A stretch of 64,000 nt of DNA from an uncultured virus (IMG/VR IMGVR_UViG_3300044645_000935) (Duplodnaviria > Heunggongvirae > Uroviricota > Caudoviricetes > Crassvirales). Below the pieces are notes generated by a model. The model was not told where the DNA came from. It saw only the letters and a program-made list of their open reading frames with translations, and searched no databases. Shown one piece after another: positions 28,260 through 40,300 of the stretch. The stretch is from IMG/VR virus record IMGVR_UViG_3300044645_000935, one strand, 5' to 3'. The translations under genes and the position numbers were made by a program. The stretch's first letter is position 1. Every line of letters starts with the position of its first letter.

Positions 28260-28670
28260 ATGACACTAAAGATACGAGAGTTAAACGATAGCGATTACGA
28301 AGACATTCTTGTAGGATGGTGGAAAGATTGGGGATGGGAGCCTCCACAAAAAGATTTGCTTCCTGATGATGGTAAGGGTGGGATTATAATTTACGATGGA
28401 GATGTTCCTATTTGCGCAGGCTTTATGTATCTTAGTAATTCCAAGCTTGCATGGGTTGAATGGATAGTATCCAACAAAAGATATACCAACAGAATACTAA
28501 GAAAAGACGCTATGACTTTATTGGTATCAAGACTGACTGAGATATGCAAGTTAGTTGGATGCAAGTATGTGTATGCTTTAATTAAGCATCCTAATTTAAT
28601 AAATACGTATGAGGGTCTTGGCTATATCAAGGGAGACTCTTACACAAGCGAAATGATAAAAGTCTTATAA
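28260..28670 (+). CDS. GNAT-fold acetyltransferase-like protein
   Basis: MTLKIRELN, YEGLGY end motif; position typical of podoviruses. Confidence 0.65.
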   Translation: MTLKIRELNDSDYEDILVGWWKDWGWEPPQKDLLPDDGKGGIIIYDGDVPICAGFMYLSNSKLAWVEWIVSNKRYTNRILRKDAMTLLVSRLTEICKLVGCKYVYALIKHPNLINTYEGLGYIKGDSYTSEMIKVL

Positions 28671-28671
28671 T

Positions 28672-29502
28672 ATGGCAATGTTCACAACTATAGCGGCAGC
28701 AACAAGCTTAGCAGCAACAGCCGCAACAACAGGTATGTCATTTGCTCAAGCGGGCAAACAGCGTAAGCTTATGAGAAAAGCTGAAGCTGAGGCAGATGCC
28801 GCAATGCAACAAGCTCGTAAAAAGCTAGAGGTAAATCAATTTGACAAGTTAGCTATTAATAAAGAACCTTATGAGTTAGCTAGAGAAGCTTTGTTGGCTC
28901 AAGGAGCTCAGGGGATTCAAGCAGGTGTAGAGAGTGAAAGAGGAGCTGCTGCTACAGCAGGTCGTATTCAGATGGCTCAACAAGAAGGGCAAGCTGCTAT
29001 TAGAGGTCAGATGGGACAGGAGATGCAACAGCTTGAAATGCTTAGTGCACAAGAGGATGCAAGACTACAAGACATTGGTGTTCAGCTAGACCTTGAAGAA
29101 GTAGCAGGTGCGCAGCTTGCTGCTGCTAACGCTCAAGAGTTGGCTGCTAATGCTACTGCTCAGGGCATGGAAGGACTAACTAGTTTAGGAAGTCAACTAG
29201 CTGAGAAGGCTCCATTGTTTGAGAAGAATAGAGCTGCTGAACAAAAAGCTTTAGGAAATATGAGTCTTAATACTCAACAGTTTCAAGATATTGGTAATAT
29301 TTCTCAGAAAGGAGGATTAGGTGCAGAGCAAACAGGAGATTTTACAAACTTAGATTTACAAGCAGTAAGTAAAATGAGTCCTCAACAATATAGAAAGTTT
29401 AGGAAAGCACTTACTCCTACACAAAGACAATTGATATTTGGAGCTGACCAATTTCAAACACTTTATAATCAATACGCCCCCGTTACATCACTATCTAGAT
29501 AA
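28672..29502 (+). CDS. Probable internal virion/ejection protein
   Basis: Ala/Gln-rich helical with hydrophobic N-terminus. Confidence 0.6.
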   Translation: MAMFTTIAAATSLAATAATTGMSFAQAGKQRKLMRKAEAEADAAMQQARKKLEVNQFDKLAINKEPYELAREALLAQGAQGIQAGVESERGAAATAGRIQMAQQEGQAAIRGQMGQEMQQLEMLSAQEDARLQDIGVQLDLEEVAGAQLAAANAQELAANATAQGMEGLTSLGSQLAEKAPLFEKNRAAEQKALGNMSLNTQQFQDIGNISQKGGLGAEQTGDFTNLDLQAVSKMSPQQYRKFRKALTPTQRQLIFGADQFQTLYNQYAPVTSLSR

Positions 29503-31307
29503 TGGCTACATATTACAAATATGCTGAACGTAGTGCTGAGTCTCAGGTAAATTGGGCTGAGATAGGCAAGAACATGACCGATATGCTTCGTCAAGAAGTT
29601 CAGGTCAGAGAGCAAAAGAAAGCGGCTTTAGATGAAGCAACTCGTCAAGCTGCTGAACAAATATCAAATGCCCCTCAGGGTCAACACGTAGATGCGAAAG
29701 CAGAAGCCATAAGACTTGCTGACCAAGCAAGTAAATATTTGCTTATGCAAAATAGGCTTATGAAGCAAGGCATCCTAGACCCTAAAGATTACATGATTGC
29801 TAATCAGAATTTAACTGATGACATAAGAACAGCATATTCATCAATGAAGGCTTTTCAAGAGAACTATGGGAAGCTTATGGAGCGTGCTCAAAAAGATGAG
29901 TCGTCTGCAATTGAATTAGCTAGACTAGAAAAGATTCAAGGATACGGTAACTTTAGACAGTCAGGATTTTTTATTGATGCCCCTACAGGAAAACTAAATG
30001 TTGGCCTAAAAGAGGAACAGATAATTGATGGCGAGAAAGTAATTGGTTTGAAGAAAGGAAGTACCGTTGGTATGCAGTATATTGATGGTGCAATCTATGG
30101 TCAGATTGATAAATATAAGTATCGAGAACCATTGAAAGAAATGGCTACTAGTCTTGGTAAATTTATCACATCTGATGTTACTAGAGGTACTTTAAATAGT
30201 ATAGGATATGTTACCTCAATATCTGATGCTAGACGGAGAATTGATGAGACAAAGATTGGCTCAGATGACAAGAAAATATTATATGATTTTTATGCGTCAT
30301 CATTTGATGCTATAGAATCTATGTTGGCTAATGAAAACCATAAAGCTTCTATACTTGTGGATGCAATGGCATCTAAAGGATACTTTTGGACAGACGACCC
30401 TGACGTGGCAGCTAAGAATCCAAAGGCTGTACTTGAGGTAATAGACCCAAATACAGGTAGGGGAGTTATGACATTTACAAAGGAGCAGGACCAAGCTGCT
30501 TCTGAATTTATGATGCAGCAGTTCTTAGGCATGATAGATATTACTGAAGAACAAAAGTCAACAGGTCAAATTCAAAGACAAGACCCATCTGCTGCTGTTC
30601 TTGATAGAGTTGATAAAGTAGAAGAAGCTAAAAACTTTGGTAGACAGTTAGGTGCAGCATTGAAGAGTGGTGATGATACAGAAGTTGCAAATGCTATTAT
30701 ATACTTGGCTCAAAAGGCAGGAAAAAGAGTCAACAAAGACGGTGCTACAATTACAATTTCCAACATGGATGGAACAGGACTGTCTACATTTGATTTAAAT
30801 AATGACCCTGATAAAATAGCTAGTTCAATGATTAGTGCTTTTGGTACAAAATTACCTGAAGATACTATTCTTAAATTTACTAGAGAGACATATAAAGGTA
30901 ATCCTGCCAACAAAACAGCTACAGCAAGTGGTTTTGAAGATGAAGATGTAGAAGAAACTGAATCTCCTTACCAACGCCTTAACACTTTTGTCGATGAAAA
31001 TACAGCTACAGCAATTATTGATGTTGGTGATATAGAAGATGAAGGGCTAGTTGCAGATAAGCTTAATGAAATGTATGGTCCAAATTTAGGAGTTGAATTT
31101 AAAGTTGGAAATACATTGGCTAATTCTATTTATGTTGTTGTTAATGGAAAAGAATCTCCTAACTATGACGTAGGAGCAGGGAAGAATGCAGCTGCTATAA
31201 GGCAAATGAAGAAATTTATTTTGAATGCTTATGCTCCGGGAGCTTCATTGACTGAAAGAGATTTGGCTGCGGAAACAGCATTAGCAGACCTTGGAATTTT
31301 AGATTAA
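29502..31307 (+). CDS. Probable internal virion/ejection protein
   Basis: Position between small and giant ejection-type genes. Confidence 0.6.
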   Translation: MATYYKYAERSAESQVNWAEIGKNMTDMLRQEVQVREQKKAALDEATRQAAEQISNAPQGQHVDAKAEAIRLADQASKYLLMQNRLMKQGILDPKDYMIANQNLTDDIRTAYSSMKAFQENYGKLMERAQKDESSAIELARLEKIQGYGNFRQSGFFIDAPTGKLNVGLKEEQIIDGEKVIGLKKGSTVGMQYIDGAIYGQIDKYKYREPLKEMATSLGKFITSDVTRGTLNSIGYVTSISDARRRIDETKIGSDDKKILYDFYASSFDAIESMLANENHKASILVDAMASKGYFWTDDPDVAAKNPKAVLEVIDPNTGRGVMTFTKEQDQAASEFMMQQFLGMIDITEEQKSTGQIQRQDPSAAVLDRVDKVEEAKNFGRQLGAALKSGDDTEVANAIIYLAQKAGKRVNKDGATITISNMDGTGLSTFDLNNDPDKIASSMISAFGTKLPEDTILKFTRETYKGNPANKTATASGFEDEDVEETESPYQRLNTFVDENTATAIIDVGDIEDEGLVADKLNEMYGPNLGVEFKVGNTLANSIYVVVNGKESPNYDVGAGKNAAAIRQMKKFILNAYAPGASLTERDLAAETALADLGILD

Positions 31308-31312
31308 CTTTG
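31305..31312 (+). promoter_or_regulatory. Bacteroidota -7 promoter element
   Basis: TAACTTTG upstream of giant ORF. Confidence 0.5.
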
Positions 31313-31327
31313 AATAAATAGTATACC

Positions 31328-34300
31328 ATGGACGAATTAAAAAAGTTATACAACACATTAGTCCTGAAGGGACGTTACAATAAATCTTTTGAGGATTTCC
31401 AATCTGAATGGCAGAACCCTCAATATCAGAATCAGGTTTATGACGATGTCTCTAAACTAAGACTGTATACCAAGGACAGAGATACGTTCATGAAAAAATA
31501 TGCAGGGTCTGCTCCTGCTCCTGCTGCTGTAGAAACTCCTACTGCTGTTGAAGAAGAGGCTGTGGAACAACAGCCAAAAAAAAAAGATACTACGGTATTA
31601 CCTTCGGGAGTTGGTTCTTCGGCTTCGTCCGTATTAGCTCCTGACGATGAAACAAAAGCTTTATTTAAAAAGTATGCAGAAGAGTCTTCTTCAAGGAAGA
31701 CTTTTGCTGATAGAATAATACCAACTACACCTGCAACGAGTCCTGAGTTTCAAAAAGAATTAAAAAAAGTAGAGCAAAATAAATCACTTGCTGAAAGTGA
31801 ATTTGATAAGCTAGGTGAAAAGCCAAAGGTAGAGCATAACAAATATCTTAATGAGCAGTTAGCTCAAATTAATAAAGACCTTATTGATAAGAATGAAGAA
31901 TTTGTTGTCCCCGAAATGGAATACCGTTTTGGCGGATTAGGATTTAAGTTTGAGGAAGCGGGGGCTACAGGAGATTGGATGGACGTAACTGCTCCTGACG
32001 GCAAAAAAATACAAATATCATTAAACAATTTTTTAGATAGTAAATCTTCAGAAGAAGCATTTAAACTTCAAAAGTTTATTCAAGACAATACACCTATGAA
32101 AGGTTTGTTTGTTCTTGAGAAGAGTTTAAAGGACCAAGAAGTTAAGATATTCAGCAATCAAAAGGAAGTTGATGATGAAGTTGCTAAAATAAATAAAGAG
32201 GCTACTGCTGTAAATCAAAAGCAAAAAGATTTTCTTTTAAGACAACAGGCTTATGAGAAGGAAGTAGATGCACTTAATTCAATTCCTGAATCTCAAAGGA
32301 ATAATCCTGAGTTTATTAAAAGGGTTGATGCTGCAGAAAAAACAAGATTGTCTTTAGTTAATGAGCTTCCAACTTTACTTAGTGAAGAACAGAAGCTTAC
32401 AAACAAGGCATCTTCTTTAGAGAAGTCTGTTGGTAGATATGTTGAAACAAAAGCACGTCAAGGGGGTTGGCTTGGTGGTGTAGGTAATTCTATTTTAGAG
32501 GGAATTAGTAGTATTGCGGCAGGTACAACAAATGTATTTGTAGATGCTACTATGGAACTTGGGTCTGCTGAATTTTTAATTAGCCCTGAAAATTTAAGAA
32601 AAGGTACAATTGAAAGAGCATCTAAAATAGGTGTTGCACCTCCATCTGAAAACCAATCTATTCAAGATTGGAAAAAGACATTGACTCCTGAGCAATTGGA
32701 TAGATGGGAAGATGAAATGGATGACTTCGGTAAAAAGCTTGTAAAAGCTGATATCATGCCATACATAAGAGAAGGTCTTAGAATAAGAAGAGGTGATGAA
32801 AATACTACTATTGAATGGACTAATCTAAAACAAGAAGGTTTTTGGGGAGGAGCTATATTAGGTTTAGCAAAATCATTGCCTGCTATGATTGGTAGCTCAA
32901 CCCCTGCAGGTTGGGCTCAGAGAACAGCTCAAATGTATTCTCAGATTTCAGATGGATTAATGCAAGAGATGGAAAAAGACCCTGCATTTGCAAACATATC
33001 TGAAGTTGAAAAAGCTGCAATCGTTGCTCCTATTGGAATAGCATCATCTGTTTTAGAAGCATATGGTCTTAGAAACGTATTGCAAAGTAAGGGTATAGTA
33101 ACTAACATTACTATGGCTATGTTAGGTAAGGCAGGAAGAGGAGTAGGTTATACATCACTTAGAGAATTAGCAGAGAATGAAGTAAAAAGTAAAATTGCTA
33201 GAGGGGCATTAGTTCTTACTGCTGCAGGACTTGCTGAAGGAGAGACAGGTTTTTTACAACAAGGTGTAGAGACAGGGTTCAAGGCCATATATAATGAGTA
33301 TATAAAAGGTGATAAGTATTTTCAAACTCCTGAAACTATAGAGAAAGCTGTAGGTGAAATGTTCTATGCAGGAGCTCAAGAAGCTATTGGTGGTTTCACA
33401 CTAGGAATTCCTAATGCGGTTAGTGCTGCATATAGTAAAGCAGGGTTTCTCAAAATGAATGATAAAACATTTGAGATGTTTGAGAACATGGCTAATGATG
33501 AAACCCTTCAAAGCGCATATATAACTAGTCTTAAAGAGAAAGTAGCTAGTGGTAGAATATCCCCTTCTGATGCCAAGCAAGAGGAACAAAACTATAGAAA
33601 TGCAGTTGGTATATATCGTCAGCTACCTGATGGATTAACTGTTCAGCAGAAGAAGGAGGCGATGAATCTTTTGAAAGAAAGAAAAGATTTAGAGCAATAC
33701 ATTCAAGGTAAAGATGGTGCGCTAGTTACTCCTCAAAAAAATAGAATCAATGAAATAAATCAGGAGCTTTCAAAAATAGCTGAACAAGGAGCTACTCAGA
33801 AAATTCAATCAGAGGCTGATAATGTAAAAGCTCAGAGAGCTGCTAAGATTGCTGAGTTGAGTAAGGCTATTGAGGATGACGATACAGCTACAGAGTTAAA
33901 CCTAACTACTAAGTTACCAACTGAAGAGAGACAAAGGATTGAGAAAGAACTACAGGATTTAAAAGAAGAAGAAGCCTCTGCTCAAGAGAGAGAGATGGCT
34001 AATATTCCTTTTGAGGCCCCGACATATAAAGTAAATGGGCAAGAAGTTAAGCCTGAATTTATTGACTACTTAATGAGAGAGTATAGCAAGGAAGAAATTC
34101 TTGCTATGAATATTGAAATTAGTAATAATGATAAAACAGGAGTCTTAGAAAGACTTCAAGAATTTACAGGAATTAAACCAACAGAACAAGATGCCATTCA
34201 AGAGCAAGCAGCAGGTCAAGTACCTGTACAGCCAACAGCCGGAGTTGGCCAAGAAGTGGAGCAAGGAGTATCCCAAGCAGAACCTCAAGTCACTGCCGAA

Positions 34301-37300
34301 GCGGGTATCCAAGAAGAAGTAGCCCCTAAAGTTGAGCTAACCGATGACCAAATCGTTGAGTACAATCCTACCGAAGAAGTATCAGATAAGAATAATGAGG
34401 TACTTGGTAAGGTGTTACAATCAAAGAAATTTGAGCCACAGGCAGAGCCACAAAGAACAGACCTTGGTGACTCAGTTGTATTTGAATACAACAACTTTGA
34501 TGATAATGAGACAAGAACTCGATTTACTTTTAATAAGAAAAAAGATGGAACTATTACAGGTGTTGGTGTAAAAGTAGAAAGAAATGTAGGAGATATTCGT
34601 AATACTGATTTATTCAGAAACTATGTAAACTCTAAGAGAGCAGAAGCAGAAGCACAGCCTGAGGTGACCGCTCAACCTACTGTAGCACCTCAACCTACTA
34701 CCCTTACTGAAGCAGAACAGCTTGCTAAAATGGAGGAGATGTTTGCGCAGGAAGAAGCTCCTGTCACTCCTACTGAACCCGCTAGAACTTCAGGAGTAAC
34801 TGTTGCTGACCCAATAGGAATGGACTCTTTGAGAAATAGAGTGAAGGACAACGCCAAGAAACAAGTTATTGACTTCGCTCAGAAGACATTGACTACATTG
34901 AAGTCTGTGCTTCCTGACTTTGAAATCGTAATACACGATGATGAGAACAGCTACAGAAATGCAATGGCTTCTATCAATGGTCCCGCTGAATCAGCAGGGT
35001 ACTTTTCTTATGTTCAAAGACCTAATGGTACTTATGTTGGCAAGATTGACATCAACCTTAACGTGGCTGATAATACAACAATTGCTCATGAGGTTGCGCA
35101 TGGTATAATGCGTAAAACATTTGGTGAGAACACAGAAGCTTTTAAGACTTTTAAGAATAGAGTTGCAGCAGCAATAAATAGAAAAGGTAATAAAGCATTA
35201 ACCGAATTTGCAAGTCAATATGAGGAGAATGATTCATACGAAGAGTACATAGTTGAGTTAGCTGCTAGGCTTTCTCAATCAGATAAAAATATATCTTCTA
35301 GTCTGTTACAGGATATTGCTTTAATAATAAATGACTTTGTATCTAGGATTACTAATGGAGCATTTGTTCCATTTCAAAATGCTAGAGATGCCAAGCAGGC
35401 TATTGATTTCCTTAGAAACATATCAGAGTCTATTAAGAAGGGTGAAGCAATTAACCCTGCTGACATTACAGCTATTCAGGAAAACCTATCTGCTCCTATT
35501 GGTACCCCAAGCGAAATCAATCCTGCCCCTAAGGGTAAGGCTTCTTTGAATTTCCCTAAGACTCCGCTTCCATTATCATTCGTTACCGAAGCAGATAAGA
35601 TTGACATCGAGGCTTTAATCGATGACATCGTAGCTAAGAAGCAGAAGGTATGGTTTTGGATGGCTGACCAACTAGGTCGTGGAAACTACTTTGATGAAGT
35701 GGTTGGTGATACGCATTACCTAGATGCGGGACCAAGCTTTGCACTAGACCCTGCCAACCGAAGCAAAGGAATCCTTTGGGCTAGTGGTCTACCTGAGAAA
35801 ACTTTGACGAATCAAATCAATCAGGCTGACTATATATTCTTTATTAGTGGCTCTCCTGAAAAGGCTAAGCTATTTAACAAAAGGGTATTAGACTTATTGG
35901 CTGAAAGAGTCAATAAGACATCAGACTTTAATAAGTTCAGAGAAGCTCTCAACAACTTTGAAAAAGAAACAGTAGAACTAAGAACTCTTAGAGACGCACT
36001 TAATGGAGTTAACTCATTCAAAGAGTTGGCTGATAGTCCAAAGAGAAAGCCATTTCTTATAGCACTTGGTCAAATAGGTGCATTGAAGACTGCACCTAAA
36101 GGTTCATTAAAAGAACTGCTAGGTTCATTCAATGCATTCATTGACTACAATGAATTGAGAGATGGTTTCTACAAAGAAAATGGATTCGGTCAAAACGATA
36201 TCATGCTTGTTGGTAAACCAACAGCAGTCTCAGGCAAAGCCCCTCACTCTACTTACGAGTTTGCTATTAGCGGTGAAGTAGTTGGTGTACCTGATAAGAA
36301 GATTGACTCTTGGGATATCATGCCTGAGTCAATCAAAGAAAAGTATAAGGATGTAATTGGCGGTAGAGAAGAAAAGACCAAGCCAATGCAGACTAAAGTT
36401 ATTGCTGCCGAGACAGGTGTAATTAGAGAGCTTGAGCCAAGAATGAAAGGTAAGGCTCAGCTGATTGGTAAAAAGGCTAGATTAGCAGGAGTAGTATTAC
36501 AAGATTATAATACAGCTCAAATATTAGAAAAGGAAGGAAAGTCACCTTTAGAAATCAGAAGAGCTACAGGTTGGGAAAGAGGAATAGATAAGAAGTGGAG
36601 ATATGAAATCCCTGATGGCAAATTTAAAAAATTTGAACTTGAAGATTTAAAGGAAGCAAAAGACTCTGATGGCGCTCAAATAAGAGTAGCTAAAATAACA
36701 GACATATTTGATTCTCCTGAATTGTATGAAGCATATCCATTTATCAAAAACTATAGGATAGTTTTTAAGGATATGCCTGAAAACAAGCATGGAAAACATA
36801 GTTCTTCTGCAAAGAAGATTACCATCAATAGCAAAAACTATATAGACCCCGATAAAAGAAGCGAGGCTGAGCTAACTATTATTCATGAACTTCAACACGC
36901 AATTCAGTATGAAGAATTATTTGAAAGAGGGGCAAGTACTAAGACCGCTAAAATTATTTTTGATGGGTTATTAAAGAATGCAAAAAATAATGTAGAAAGA
37001 AAAACACTTTTGCATGAAGCTGCAAGAAAACTTTTCCCTAATAGCGAAAGATTACAAAAGCCTACTAAAGATTTACTTCAGGATGCATTAAATAAATATG
37101 CTATTCTAGAACTATTAAGTTATAAGAAAGAAACAAAAGAGATAAAAAAGGAACTCGAAGAGTTACTAAAAGAATACAAAGAAGAACTTGATAAAGAAGT
37201 CTTTGAAAAACTTAAATCTAGAGTTGAATTTACACCTGCTGACGCTTACAATATTTATTACAGAGTTGCAGGAGAAGTTGAGGCAAGAAATGTTGAGTTC

Positions 37301-40300
37301 AGAAGAAGTCTTACTGAAGAACAAAGAAGAAATACATTATTATCTGAGACTGAAAATATCGATAGAGCTGACCAAATTCTTTTTGACAATCCCAAACTAA
37401 TGTTTGAAGGGGTTGAAGAATCAACTCAGAAGGTAAAAGGGAAAGCTCAACTTAGCAGTGATGCCAAAGCAATAAATGTTGTAAAGCAGGCACGTGCTCA
37501 GGGATTTTCTGAGAATGCAATTAGACAATTCCTTCAAGGAAAAGGTCTTACTGAAGAGGCTATAAATAAGGCAATGGCTACAGATATTCCTGCAGCAGGA
37601 AAAATCACGTTGTCCGAAGAGACTCTTAGTGGTTATGATTCTTTGATGAAGAAGCTAGGGAATCTAGCTGCGAAAGGAATGCCGCTTACTGAAGTAATTA
37701 AAAAGCTAAAGAACTCAAAAGCATACAAAGATTCTACTGACGTACAAAAAGAAAAGCTAGTACGTGAGGTTCGAAAGATGTTTGGAGCTAGAGAGAAGTC
37801 AGCTCCAAAAGCAGGTAGACTTATTGGCATCGTCAATGATGTCACTAAGATTACCATGACTGAAAAGGAAATCCTAAATAAAAGATTAAAGGACCTAGCA
37901 GAAGGAGCGAAGGATGCAGTAAAAGCTTGGAGAAAAATCACAGCTGATTTAGGTAAGGAAATTAAGGAACTAGCTTCAACAGGCAAGCTTACTTCAAAGC
38001 AAGTAACTAGAGTAACAACTAGGCTGTTAAACATAAATGCGTTCAATGAAAAGTCAGTAAAAGACTTCATTGACTACATGGCAAATGTATTTGCTGACGC
38101 TGAGTACCGTGATATAATAGATGGACTAAGAGGAAAGATAGCTAACGCTAAGAAAAACATTACCTCTAAGATTGGTATTGCTGATACGTTGCGAGGGCCA
38201 TTGAACAAATTGCTTTCAATAAATCCTTTGCTTATCCCTGACGCATACCTAGACAGATATGCTGAGATAGTTGAGATGCTTGGAGCTAGTCAGCAAGTTC
38301 TTCCACTAGAGCAGTATGATGTAGTAAAGAGTGATACTGAAGCCATCTTGCGTGCTGTTAATGACGAGCAGTCAAGAGCTTACGAGTTGGCTGATATCCT
38401 AGAAAATTCAGAGAACAAAGTTTTCACCAAGGGTGGTGAATTAGATTACGCTGCTACCTTAAAAGAAATGGTTAAGCAGGGTGAGATAACTGAGGAGGAT
38501 GCAGACCTTATGCGCAAGTATAAGAAAGAGATTGTGCCTCAGGATGAAAAGCAAAAGATGTCTGAAGAAGAAATAGAGGAGAAGAAGAAAGAAGCAATTG
38601 ACAAAATCAAAGCTTCAAAGATAACAGGCATTGATGGACTTCCTTCTCAAGAAGAGAAAGCTTTTGCTGAGAAATTTGCTGAGCTCATCAAAAATGTTTC
38701 TGAAGAAACTTTAATGAAGTTGGGACTTAATGATTTGACAAACCTATCCAAGGTAATTGACAACATTAACAAAAACTATCTTCCTAGTTTTGCTTATCAA
38801 GTATACCTAAAAATAGATGGTATAAATGATGGAAAGATTATTGAAGATGCTACAAGTAATGTTTCGCTTCCAAAGATTTCTACTGCGATAGGTAAAATTA
38901 AAAACCTAGTTACTAAGGAAGGTGCATTGTATGAAGCAGTCAAAAGAATACCTCTTTTCTTTATTGACCAAGCCCTTGGTCTTAAAAATAAAAAAGTATT
39001 TAATGCGTTGCTTTTAAAGACAGCTCAAGCTGAAGCGAAGTACAAAGCAGAACTGAAAAGAATCAATTCAGCATTAGAGAAAGCAGAGCAAAAGGTTGCT
39101 AGTTCATTTTCTTTTAACGAAGAAAAGTTAGCTCTATCTAAGATGAAGATGATGACTTATCTACGTCAACTTGAATTCGAATCAAATCAAGGTAACGAGC
39201 AAGTAAATCCTGCATTGGATTACATCAATAAAACCATAGAGCACATTGAGAAACAAAGAGCTGCTAAAAAGTATGGTAAAACTGACTTAGAAAACTTGAA
39301 GTTTATACGCTCGATGTATCAAATAGATGGGCAGATTAACCTTGAAAAATTGTACAATTCTTTTAATCAAGCTGAGAAGGATGCCATCAATGATATTCAA
39401 AAGATAAATGAAAGCCTTAGAAGTAAGGCTGAGTTTACTTCTAATGTCATGAGAGGTCAGGTATTTAATGGTTTGAATAATTACTTGCACCTAATTGTAT
39501 TAGGTGATGGTAAGAAGGGTGATATTAAATCAGCAACAGATATTACAAACAGAGCTGATAACAATATGAGACCATCAACAAAGGCTAAATCTTTGGAAGA
39601 AAGAACCAAGGGAGCGAAGCCTATTAACTTTGATGTATTTGCTTCAGCAAGTCGTGGTGCTAAGTATGTGTTGTTGGATTACAATCTTACAGGACCAATT
39701 AAAACTGCTAGAATTGCATTGAATCAACTTGAGAAAACTTTAGATGAAAGAAAGAATGTAACTAAAGTTCAAAGAGAAGTATCCAATACATTAACTAAAG
39801 CATACGAAGAGGCCGTAGATAATTTGCTTGTCAACAACATCATGGATGATACGACAGCAGACATAATCGTGGAATACATCAAAAGAATGGGATATCGTTC
39901 TGTGCTTGCAGGTACAGGAAGATTTACAGCTGAATTAGCCTCTAACATATCCTTTGCTTTTCTTGCTGAACCAAAAGCATTCACGTTAGGAACTAAATAT
40001 GCTAACATTATCATGTCTCCACTTGGACCATCCGTATTGGAGAACCTAAATAGTACTCAGATAAATAGAATATTCCCTGAGGATAGCCTATCAGGAAACT
40101 TCATGGACACTAGTGCTATGAAACAGAGAGTTGGCGGGGGTAAGCTATCTGATTCTCGTGTGATTAATAAAATTCAGCAGCTTTGGAATCTTACAGGTAA
40201 AAGATATACCAATGGGGTTGAGGTATTGTCAGATAACCTTATTTCAACTCCTGATAAAATTGTAATTAGAGCACTTTGGTTTGGCTCATTTGCTCAGGAG

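Noticed and set aside
1004..40014. Antisense and most off-frame ORFs inside late genes
   Set aside because: Shadows of long coding frames with no leader or recognisable motif; only 34191-34322 had independent support
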